Source: a virus
Reading direction: 5' to 3' (one strand)
IMG/VR virus record: IMGVR_UViG_3300020731_000015
Span: 11,271-75,270 of that record
Length of the DNA stretch: 64,000 nt
Both the position numbers and the translations under genes were made by a program. The first letter of the stretch is position 1. Each line of letters begins with the position of its first letter. The notes under the pieces are model-generated. The model was not told where the DNA came from and ran no database searches. It was given only the letters and a program-made list of their open reading frames with translations. This document shows, piece by piece, positions 37,905 through 46,137 of the stretch.

Positions 37905-40190
37905 GTGAACTACAAAGATATTCTCTCTATCCTTAAGGCTGGCGTTGCTGGTCAATCTGGTGATAAAGACGGTCACGACTTTCGTGGCAATCAATGGACT
38001 GTTATGGGCCCTTGGGGTCAACCAGTTCCACGACCCCGTGACCCAGCGACTAACAAGCCCCTAAAGGGCGCAGCGTTGGCTGCTGAATTGGCACGACTCT
38101 ATCCGAGCCCGAACACGCCTATTCCAAACGCCCCTAAAACGACTGCCAAACCAGCCCCACCAAAGGTATCTGGCTCGACCCCTAAATCACCAAAAGCCCC
38201 CAAAGCACCAAAGGCTACGCCAGCACTCGCACCAACCCCTACACCGGTCGCTACAACCCCTACAACGCCCCCTAAGCCCGTTGATGAAGCACCAAAGGCC
38301 GAAGCCCCAAAGGTAGAGGAAGTCAAGCCAGAAGAGCCTAAAAAGGTCGAGGATAACCGAGTTATCACGGAAGAGGGTCAGAAGTCTATTCAGGAACGAA
38401 TTGCCGATGCTGAAAAGTGGGAACCCAAAACTGATTTGGAAAAGCGGGCTTCCGAAGCCGCCTCGAAAATCGCCGCCGCAATCCTCGTTCCAAAAGAACG
38501 CCGACCCCTATTCGTAAAGAATCTCACTACGGTTCTCACCCAGCCAAAGGCTTTTAGAGATGCCGTTGCACAAGCCAAAACCGTAGAAGTCAACGACCGT
38601 GTTAGAGACAACGCAGCGATGCTGAAAATGATTGGCTTTACGGGTCTTCCAAAGGTCGTATCGGAAGCAGAGTTTAAGGCCACACCCGGCAAGGTCGCCT
38701 ACTCTGGTCTTTCGTACACTCGGAGTTCTACCCAAACACTTCAGCAGAAGTTAGCGACGCTTTACAACGGGGAGTTCCCACGCTACGGCGGTCCTATGTT
38801 CGGTGCGGCGTTCTACACATCCGAGAGCAAAGATGTGCCGGTTTCATACGCCCAAAAGAATGGGGCTAGTGGAACAAATACCTGTATCTTTCGCAACAAG
38901 TTAGTTGACCCCAACAATGTCTATAACGCATCTGGCAACGGCCCAATGATTAAATTGGATGTCTTATCAGCAACGGCTAGGGAAGACCACGGCAAGTATT
39001 CGGCTATGGACCACCCTGACTACAATCTCCGAGAAATTATGTCGGATGCTGGATACACCGATGACGAAATCAACCGAATTGATGGCAAGGGAAGCCAGCA
39101 AGGTATCTTTAGTGGAGACAACAACTGTAAGAGTATCGGCCCAGCCCTAGCGGGATACGATGCGCTGAAAGATACCCACCACAACTACACAATGGTTCTA
39201 AATCGTGGGGCTATGGTCCTACCTGACACCTACGCAACCAATATCCAACATCAAGGTTCGTTTGGGCCAGAGGGAGCAGCAAATGTGTCTGACAATGTTC
39301 CTGTGGATTCGGCTTACGCAATCTCCGTGCCTACGCCAAAAGCACCCGAAGATGATGAGCAAGATGTCGCTAAAGGTGAATCTGACGGACACCCTTATCG
39401 TGGCAACCAATATGGGCCGGGCAAGAGTGATGGCACTCCTGAAAAGCCAAAGCCACTACCCGGGTCTGAAGAAGAAACGGAAGAAGTAGTAAAGAAACTC
39501 ACCGAGGATATGAAGTTGCCTCCTGCTGTTATCCGTATGGGTATCCAAGTAGCCCGACCACTTCTCGCAGAAGCCGCTAAATACGAACCGGCTATCACCA
39601 AAGCGATTTCTCAATCCGTAAAAGAGAGTGGCGGAACTCGAAAGCGCGCTCAATCTGCCGTAAAGTCACTCTCTAGTGCTACCGAAAAGGCGGTTAGGGA
39701 TACCGCCGATTCTGTCCAAAAGGGCTTGACTGCTGAAATCACATCTAACTCCCTTTCCAAAGAAGCCGGAGAAATCCACGACCTCGTTCGCTATACGGTT
39801 ATCTGGCCACAAAAGGAAATAGCAAGCGGCGCGAACAAGATGATACAGAGCCTCGCCAATAAGGGCTTCGTTCCATACAAAGACGAGAACGGCACGGAGA
39901 TGGTGAAAAACTACTTCCACGATAGGCCGGGAAACTCATACCGAGGCATCAATGCCAACTTCGTTGACCCCAAGAGTGGAATGGTCTTTGAGGTTCAGTT
40001 CCACACACTCCAAAGCCTTGATACTGCTGAAAAGATGCACAAAATATATGACAGTATTCGCAAACTAGATAAGACCGACCCAGTTTACGAAAAGGGGCAG
40101 GAAAAGATGCGAGCGGGCTTCGCACAGGTAAAAATCCCACCGGGAATTGACTCGGTTGGAAATGTCTGGTTCAAGAAGGCTATAATTTAG
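37905..40190 (+). CDS. Tagged cargo protein 8: possible ART-like domain plus an Apk2/RelA-SpoT-like nucleotidyltransferase
   Basis: Tags at 37935 and 39372; IHDLVRYT, KNYF, YRGINANF, FEVQFHT, HKIY. Confidence 0.8.
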   Translation: MNYKDILSILKAGVAGQSGDKDGHDFRGNQWTVMGPWGQPVPRPRDPATNKPLKGAALAAELARLYPSPNTPIPNAPKTTAKPAPPKVSGSTPKSPKAPKAPKATPALAPTPTPVATTPTTPPKPVDEAPKAEAPKVEEVKPEEPKKVEDNRVITEEGQKSIQERIADAEKWEPKTDLEKRASEAASKIAAAILVPKERRPLFVKNLTTVLTQPKAFRDAVAQAKTVEVNDRVRDNAAMLKMIGFTGLPKVVSEAEFKATPGKVAYSGLSYTRSSTQTLQQKLATLYNGEFPRYGGPMFGAAFYTSESKDVPVSYAQKNGASGTNTCIFRNKLVDPNNVYNASGNGPMIKLDVLSATAREDHGKYSAMDHPDYNLREIMSDAGYTDDEINRIDGKGSQQGIFSGDNNCKSIGPALAGYDALKDTHHNYTMVLNRGAMVLPDTYATNIQHQGSFGPEGAANVSDNVPVDSAYAISVPTPKAPEDDEQDVAKGESDGHPYRGNQYGPGKSDGTPEKPKPLPGSEEETEEVVKKLTEDMKLPPAVIRMGIQVARPLLAEAAKYEPAITKAISQSVKESGGTRKRAQSAVKSLSSATEKAVRDTADSVQKGLTAEITSNSLSKEAGEIHDLVRYTVIWPQKEIASGANKMIQSLANKGFVPYKDENGTEMVKNYFHDRPGNSYRGINANFVDPKSGMVFEVQFHTLQSLDTAEKMHKIYDSIRKLDKTDPVYEKGQEKMRAGFAQVKIPPGIDSVGNVWFKKAII

Positions 40191-40192
40191 GT

Positions 40193-40408
40193 ATGGATTG
40201 GATTTACTACGAACGCCGATACAAAGACGGCTCTTTGGCCGCTGGGTATCGCTATGACAACGAGCATCGTGGTGAAATCCTTACGGCTAACGGCTGGCAA
40301 CACTCCGACAACTTCTTCCACAAACTAATCACGGGCGACAACGCCCTACGCCAATTAGAGGGAATCCCCGGTTGGGCCTATAACGAACAGGGAAACTTGA
40401 TTCAGTAG
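40193..40408 (+). CDS. Probable immunity protein (IapK-like) for the upstream toxin domain
   Basis: 71 aa, starts 2 nt after the toxin stop; WIYY...GWQHSDNFF..LITGD; carries no tag. Confidence 0.55.
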   Translation: MDWIYYERRYKDGSLAAGYRYDNEHRGEILTANGWQHSDNFFHKLITGDNALRQLEGIPGWAYNEQGNLIQ

Positions 40409-40446
40409 GGTAAAGTATCGGGAATCCTAGTTTGGAAAGGCCCGTT

Positions 40447-41334
40447 ATGACTTCGGACATCAATGCTGAAATCTTGGCGTGGGTCCGACTAGCAAAGGCT
40501 GGCGATACCAAAGGTCACGCTTTTCACGGCAATCAGTATCAAGAGGGCGAGAGTGGTGGCGAAGCCCCAGCCCGACAGGTAGATTCGAGTCGCTATCAGG
40601 CAAATGGTCGCTACGGAACTGCTGAAACCACCGAATCAATCAAGCCGACAGTTGCCGAAAAGCCAAAGCCCGCCGAACTTCCAAACCACGACACCCGCAT
40701 AAAGAGCGACCCAGCCGATACCTCTCCAAAAGGCATAAAGAATTGGGCTCGAGAAATCCACTTCGCGCTCACTCGTGGCGAGCAACCCATTATCTCCGCC
40801 CAGCACTTCCCCGCCTTGATTGCTGAAATGGCCCGAACGAACTCAAAGGGCAACGACATAACCAACATCCGTATTGACGGAACTCGCCTTATGGGATTAG
40901 ACGGAAAGGGCTACTCTCGCAGCAAAATGCCCCAAATTGACGAGAGCGAACGCCCCCAATTCCTAAAGGATATTGAGAAGTCAGACGGAATCACCGTAAA
41001 GCCAATGTCCGTTGACCCCACGACCCTAAAGCCAATCCAAAAGGAAATCAACGGCGACAAGTCTGGGGCGATTATGAAGAAGAACCCAGATGGTATTCCC
41101 GACAATATGCGAATCTTGGTTTCCAAAGATGGTTATGTAGTGGATGGACACCACACTTGGGCCGCTGCCGTTGCGCTGAAATTGGCAGGAAAGTCGGCTC
41201 AATTCCCGGTCTATCAACTCTCCTGTGACTGGAAGAAAGCGATGGATGTCGGCCTCGCTTGGGATAAGGAACACAATGTTCCCCTACAAGGATTTGATAC
41301 CAAGCCACCGGTTTTATCAAAATCCGTGAAATAA
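40447..41334 (+). CDS. Tagged cargo protein 9: ParB/Srx-like domain
   Basis: Leader INAEILAWVRLAK, tag at 40495; LKPIQKEI, ILVSKDGYVVDGHHTWAA. Confidence 0.8.
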   Translation: MTSDINAEILAWVRLAKAGDTKGHAFHGNQYQEGESGGEAPARQVDSSRYQANGRYGTAETTESIKPTVAEKPKPAELPNHDTRIKSDPADTSPKGIKNWAREIHFALTRGEQPIISAQHFPALIAEMARTNSKGNDITNIRIDGTRLMGLDGKGYSRSKMPQIDESERPQFLKDIEKSDGITVKPMSVDPTTLKPIQKEINGDKSGAIMKKNPDGIPDNMRILVSKDGYVVDGHHTWAAAVALKLAGKSAQFPVYQLSCDWKKAMDVGLAWDKEHNVPLQGFDTKPPVLSKSVK

Positions 41335-41341
41335 TAGGATT

Positions 41342-41749
41342 ATGACGAACGCATCAGATTTCAGCAGAGGCAATTTGCTTGGCCCAGATGGGGTTTATCG
41401 TGAGTTCATCAAGGGTGATTTCTCTGGCCACGTCTTTCGTGGCAACCAGCACTCGGTCGGTGGCGTAGGTCACTTCGACCCTTGGCGCGCAACCCTAATG
41501 ACTATCTGTGCTTCGGGCCACCAGAACACCATCGGCGTTCCCCCAACTTGGATTGAGCGTGATGCTCAAGGTAAGCCAACTGGTCAGTTCACGGCGGGAA
41601 CCCAGAGCCGTATGTGCGCTACTTGTTCCAAACCTCTACCTAACCGTTGGAAGTTGATAAACGGACAGAAGTTTATTCAGCCCGACAAGCAACCCGTGAC
41701 GAGCGCAAACCAATGGCTTTACGGTGGAGTAAAGAACTATGTCAAGTAG
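41342..41749 (+). CDS. Tagged cargo protein 10: Zn-ribbon protein
   Basis: FIKGDFSGHVFRGNQH; CASGH...CATC. Confidence 0.75.
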   Translation: MTNASDFSRGNLLGPDGVYREFIKGDFSGHVFRGNQHSVGGVGHFDPWRATLMTICASGHQNTIGVPPTWIERDAQGKPTGQFTAGTQSRMCATCSKPLPNRWKLINGQKFIQPDKQPVTSANQWLYGGVKNYVK

Positions 41750-44700
41750 TTTGGAAAAGCAAGTCTTCCAGCCGAACTTCGTAAAGTTCACCAACACGGA
41801 AATCGTTGACCGCAACCCTATTTCTGGCACGACTTTCTTTGGAAACCAGAACAACGGCTTCCAACTCGTTAAGTTTGCTGATGGCTCTAACGGAGTTGAG
41901 AAGCGACTCAAGCATTGGGTCGGGAACAAGACTGGTCGCCTCTATCGTGGCGAACTTCTCGGTGCGCAGGAATACCTAGCGGCTCGTGTGGGCGAAGTAA
42001 TGAACGCCCCTATCCGTGACTGCCACTTCACTAGCAAAGACGCACAGAGTATCGTTATGCCGTTTATTGATGGGCGCTCTGGTGCTGAAATGAACGATAA
42101 GGATATCCCCGACACTCCACAAGGAGTAGCCCTACGACTATTTGACTACCTAGTAGCCAACGCAGACCGACGCCCCAAGAATATTATGTTTGCTGATAAC
42201 GGAAACATAGTGGGTATTGACCACGCCCTTTGTAATTTCCGGCCTCGTGAGCCTAAGCCAGAGTTGATTACTATCCTTTGGAACGGCGGAGTCACCCTAA
42301 GTAGTTTGGAAATCCTAAAGCCAAAACTGCTTGCTCTCGGTGGTTTGTTTTCCCAAATGGGTATGACAGAAAAGTTTGGAAACCTAATCGGCAACCTCGA
42401 CCGATTGATTGCGGCTTTCACCAAAATCCAAAATATCGCGGTGGCTAAGGCCGCCTTTGACTCACAGACCCCACCACAAGCCGTTCAACAAGCAGCGAAA
42501 CAGGCTTTGGAGTGGATAGCAGACGGCAAGGCTGGTAGGAACTTTACCTCGGTAGGTCGTAAAAGGGCTTCAGACCTCGCTCACGGACACCCAGTATCCC
42601 TAGAAACCCTAAAGCGTATGAAAGCCTACTTTGATAGGCACGGCGTTGATAAGCAGACCCCACATTGGAACGAGCCAAGCCCCGGCAAGGTGGCGTGGTA
42701 TGCGTGGGGTGGAGATGCTGGCTACTCGTGGGCTAAGAAGATGGTCGCTCGTGCTGAAAAGGCCGCAGAAGCGGTCCGTAAAGATGCCGACACCGATAGG
42801 AAAAAAGCGGACGCGAAACTAAAGGAAGCAGAAGCACTAGCGGCAGAAGCCTTTGATTTTCGCCGTAGGGAACACTTTGAGTCGGCCGCCAACGCTCACG
42901 CCAATGCCTCACGCTTATTCTTTGAGGCTTCCAAACTCTACGGAAATGACGAGAATGGTGATGCCGTAAGCGCACTCGCTAGGGGAAACTCGGAGAAAGA
43001 CCTAGCCGAATCCGCCCGATTTACAGACCAGATGGGCGAACAACACAGTCCTGCTGAAATCCACGATGGAACTTGGGTGGATGGGGGTGCTTGGGCTGGC
43101 GGAACCGACCCGGTGGAAAAGGGAGATGTCGTAGGACACGAGTTCCACGGGAATCAATGGACCGGAGATGAATACGACTTCAATAAGGATTCTTACGACC
43201 ACAATGCTTGGGGTTCGCCACTCAAGTATGACTCTTGGACAGGGGCAACGACCGAAGACAAGTCAGAAAAAGTTGGTGATTATGTCTTTAATTCTAGGTT
43301 GCCTAGTAGCGAATACATCGCTTATATGAAGTCGCACTTTTCATACAACAACATACCAACGCCAGACAAACTAACCACTAACTGGAAAGATGAAATGGCG
43401 AAAGCACGGAGTAAGTATGTCGTTAGTGATGTATGGGCTACGAAAATAAACGACAAATTGCGAAAAGACAAAGCACTTAGCCCCAAGCAACAAACGGAGT
43501 TTGAGGCCGTAAAGAAATGGGCCGAGTCAGAAACGATTATCAAACCGGTATCGCTATACCGAGTGTCTATCTTGCCTGATGCTGTTTTGGACAAACTGCA
43601 GCCCGGAACTTCCTACTTGGAAAAAGGATTCCAATCCACTTCCATATCACCATCAGATATGATTAATTACGGAGTATCCCGAAGATTGGGTGGGGATACC
43701 CATACGGCTATTAGCGGCAATAGGGTTTATTTTAGGCTCAACGCACCAAAGGGAACGAAAGCCGTTGACGCTTACTCGGAAGAAGTGGTATTGCCACCCA
43801 ACACGCAAGTTTCAGTCACTAGCCGAGCAACCGACAAGATGGGTAATACCTACATCACGGCAGATATCAATAATAGCACGGAAGTCAAAAAGGGCGACTC
43901 GCCCGGTCACGAGTTTCACGGCAATCAGTACGAGGCAGGTATCGTTTCCAAACTAGATGCTGGCGAGAGCCCCGAAATCGCTTCTGCTGATTTGCCCGGT
44001 CTGGTTTCTGGCATCCACGACTTAGGTTCTCGTGGTCACGGATACGACATTACGAACCTAAAAGTTGATGGAGAAAAGCCTTTCCAAACTGACCACGATG
44101 CTGATTTGCTTCGTGAGCATATGCCCCAAATACTCCCAAGCCAACGAGCAGAGTTCCTCAAGGATATTCAGAGCGAATACGGAATTGTAAGCAAGGCAGA
44201 AGAGGTCAACCCCAAAACCCTAAAGCCCTCACAAACAGAGATTGATGGTTGGAAGACGGGTGGCGTTTATAAGGAGTTTGCTGAAAAGGGCATACCCGCC
44301 GAGCGCGCTCCACTCGTTTCTAGCGACAACTACATTATTGACGGACACCACTATTGGTCGGCGGCAATCGCCCTAAAAGCCGCAAACCCCGACTACAAAC
44401 TCCCTATTCGCCGTTTATCCTGCGACCTAGACACGGCACTAAAGGTTGCTAACCAATGGCACGACAAGGTTGGCAACCCACGCCTATCGCTGGGCGATAC
44501 CCAAGTTTCCAAATCAGGAGTAGCCGGACAATCTGGTGATAAAGAGGGCCACGCCTTTAGAGGCAACCAATGGTGGATGATGGGGCCAGACGGAGTTCCA
44601 GTTCCACGCCCTCGAGCACCTAAAACCGATACGGGAGACAAGACACCAGCGGCCCCTAAAGCCCCAAGGGTATCAACCCCACGCGCTCCAAAAGCCACGC

Positions 44701-45986
44701 CAACTGCTGAAACGCCTAAGCCTATCTACCAAGAAGACCTCAAAGTTCCATACGGCAAGGGAGTTATTCCGCCGGGCTGGAAGAAAACTGGCACGACTTC
44801 GGTAGTTATCCCGTCTAGAGATTGGAGTAAGCCGCCGAAGATAGTTAATTGCACAACCTTTTCTTCAGCAAAGGGCAACACCGCTATTATCGGCACAAGA
44901 GCGCGTGGGTGGAAGATAGGCGACCGATACACCAATACCGTCTTGATGACGATTGACAGATTTGCTACGGGAAAGCAAGTTGAGTTTGTTCACACTCTAA
45001 GACAAGGCGCGAACACCCTTGCTTCTGTCTCTTTGGGAAATCCAAACTCCCTAATGATTGGCCGCTATGGAATTATTGGTAGAGACTTAAAGGCGGGCAT
45101 AGAAAAGTATCGCCCCAACTACCAAACAGATGATACGACACCAGAGGCAATCAAGGCTCAAGCCGATTGGGATTCCCTAAAGGATACGGCAGTCGCACAG
45201 GCAAAGGGTGAAATCAACACCCAAGAGGGTCGTGATGCTTTGGATAAGGTCGAGGCAACGCTTCAGGCTACTGATAATTCCAATTTGGCTAAGGGCTTTA
45301 CGATTGACAAGTTGGGCCGAACTTGGAACACGGGCGACCTATTTATGTCCTCCCAACGCCGTATTGAGTCAACGATTATCCACGAACTAGGCCACTCCAA
45401 CTTCTTTAGTGATGGCAAAAAAATAACCGATGTAATCCCAGAACTCCAAAAGTCTTTGGGTAGCAAAGTAGACCTTTCTAAAGAAAACGAGAGCGGCAAA
45501 AGGGGTTTCGTAAGAAACATCAAGACCCCCGCCCTCAATTTCGGTGGAAAGACAATAGTTCCTAGAGGTGAAGTTAAAGACTTTCTAGATAAACACGAGC
45601 CCGGCATCTACCCTCTCTCGTTGGATACAACGAAAGCCCTCAAAGCGATTGGTGGAACCAAATACGGAACGAGCAGTCTCCAAGAGTTAGGTGCTGAATC
45701 GTTCGCCCAATTCCAACTAGGGATAACCCAATCGCCCATAACCCAAGCCTTTGCTACCTCTCTCGGCTGGCAACAGGCTGGAACTACGGTAGCCAAGTCT
45801 GGTAGCGTTGCTGATATGAGTCAATCCCAATCCCCCAATGTTTACTACTCGCCAGAGTTCGGTGGGGAAGTCGCACGGGTATTCCTAGAGGATTCCCTTG
45901 ATGGCCCACGCCTTGTGGTTGGTGATTCGGTGGAAAACTACGGCCACCCAGACCAGACTGACGACTCGACTGAAGACGAGGAATAA
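41739..45986 (+). CDS. Tagged polyvalent protein 11: PI3/4K-like kinase, WGGDAG domain, ADP-ribosyltransferase, ParB-like domain, zincin peptidase
   Basis: FDYLVANADRRPKN..IDH; AWYAWGGDAG; LYR..FQSTS..SEEVVL; IIDGHH; IIHELGH..KYG...QELGAE; three tags. Confidence 0.85.
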   Translation: MSSSLEKQVFQPNFVKFTNTEIVDRNPISGTTFFGNQNNGFQLVKFADGSNGVEKRLKHWVGNKTGRLYRGELLGAQEYLAARVGEVMNAPIRDCHFTSKDAQSIVMPFIDGRSGAEMNDKDIPDTPQGVALRLFDYLVANADRRPKNIMFADNGNIVGIDHALCNFRPREPKPELITILWNGGVTLSSLEILKPKLLALGGLFSQMGMTEKFGNLIGNLDRLIAAFTKIQNIAVAKAAFDSQTPPQAVQQAAKQALEWIADGKAGRNFTSVGRKRASDLAHGHPVSLETLKRMKAYFDRHGVDKQTPHWNEPSPGKVAWYAWGGDAGYSWAKKMVARAEKAAEAVRKDADTDRKKADAKLKEAEALAAEAFDFRRREHFESAANAHANASRLFFEASKLYGNDENGDAVSALARGNSEKDLAESARFTDQMGEQHSPAEIHDGTWVDGGAWAGGTDPVEKGDVVGHEFHGNQWTGDEYDFNKDSYDHNAWGSPLKYDSWTGATTEDKSEKVGDYVFNSRLPSSEYIAYMKSHFSYNNIPTPDKLTTNWKDEMAKARSKYVVSDVWATKINDKLRKDKALSPKQQTEFEAVKKWAESETIIKPVSLYRVSILPDAVLDKLQPGTSYLEKGFQSTSISPSDMINYGVSRRLGGDTHTAISGNRVYFRLNAPKGTKAVDAYSEEVVLPPNTQVSVTSRATDKMGNTYITADINNSTEVKKGDSPGHEFHGNQYEAGIVSKLDAGESPEIASADLPGLVSGIHDLGSRGHGYDITNLKVDGEKPFQTDHDADLLREHMPQILPSQRAEFLKDIQSEYGIVSKAEEVNPKTLKPSQTEIDGWKTGGVYKEFAEKGIPAERAPLVSSDNYIIDGHHYWSAAIALKAANPDYKLPIRRLSCDLDTALKVANQWHDKVGNPRLSLGDTQVSKSGVAGQSGDKEGHAFRGNQWWMMGPDGVPVPRPRAPKTDTGDKTPAAPKAPRVSTPRAPKATPTAETPKPIYQEDLKVPYGKGVIPPGWKKTGTTSVVIPSRDWSKPPKIVNCTTFSSAKGNTAIIGTRARGWKIGDRYTNTVLMTIDRFATGKQVEFVHTLRQGANTLASVSLGNPNSLMIGRYGIIGRDLKAGIEKYRPNYQTDDTTPEAIKAQADWDSLKDTAVAQAKGEINTQEGRDALDKVEATLQATDNSNLAKGFTIDKLGRTWNTGDLFMSSQRRIESTIIHELGHSNFFSDGKKITDVIPELQKSLGSKVDLSKENESGKRGFVRNIKTPALNFGGKTIVPRGEVKDFLDKHEPGIYPLSLDTTKALKAIGGTKYGTSSLQELGAESFAQFQLGITQSPITQAFATSLGWQQAGTTVAKSGSVADMSQSQSPNVYYSPEFGGEVARVFLEDSLDGPRLVVGDSVENYGHPDQTDDSTEDEE

Positions 45987-46016
45987 GAAACCCCCCAACC
46001 GAAGTCAGGGGGTTTC
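45987..46016. terminator. Intrinsic terminator, probably bidirectional
   Basis: GAAACCCCCC...GGGGGTTTC hairpin directly after the array. Confidence 0.75.
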
Positions 46017-46025
46017 AGCGACTAG

Positions 46026-46137
46026 GCAGTATCCGGTTCCGAAAGCGACATCCGGCTAGGCTTGCGGACCGGTGGCTCTCGCCACGCAGCGTTCAAGGTT
46101 CGCCCCGTGTCCGTCCTTTCAGCGGCGGATACTACAT
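46026..46137 (-). ncRNA. Candidate structured ncRNA of about 110 nt
   Basis: Own TTGACA-N17-TAGTAT promoter; 10-bp terminal stem; GTGGC-GAGA-GCCAC hairpin; ends at the terminator; the ATG at the predicted start is followed directly by TAG. Confidence 0.65.

Noticed and set aside
25962-44573. Tag repeats as a DNA-level repeat, CRISPR array or DGR template
   Set aside because: Copies are in frame, irregularly spaced and synonymously diverged, and no reverse transcriptase is present. Conservation is at protein level.
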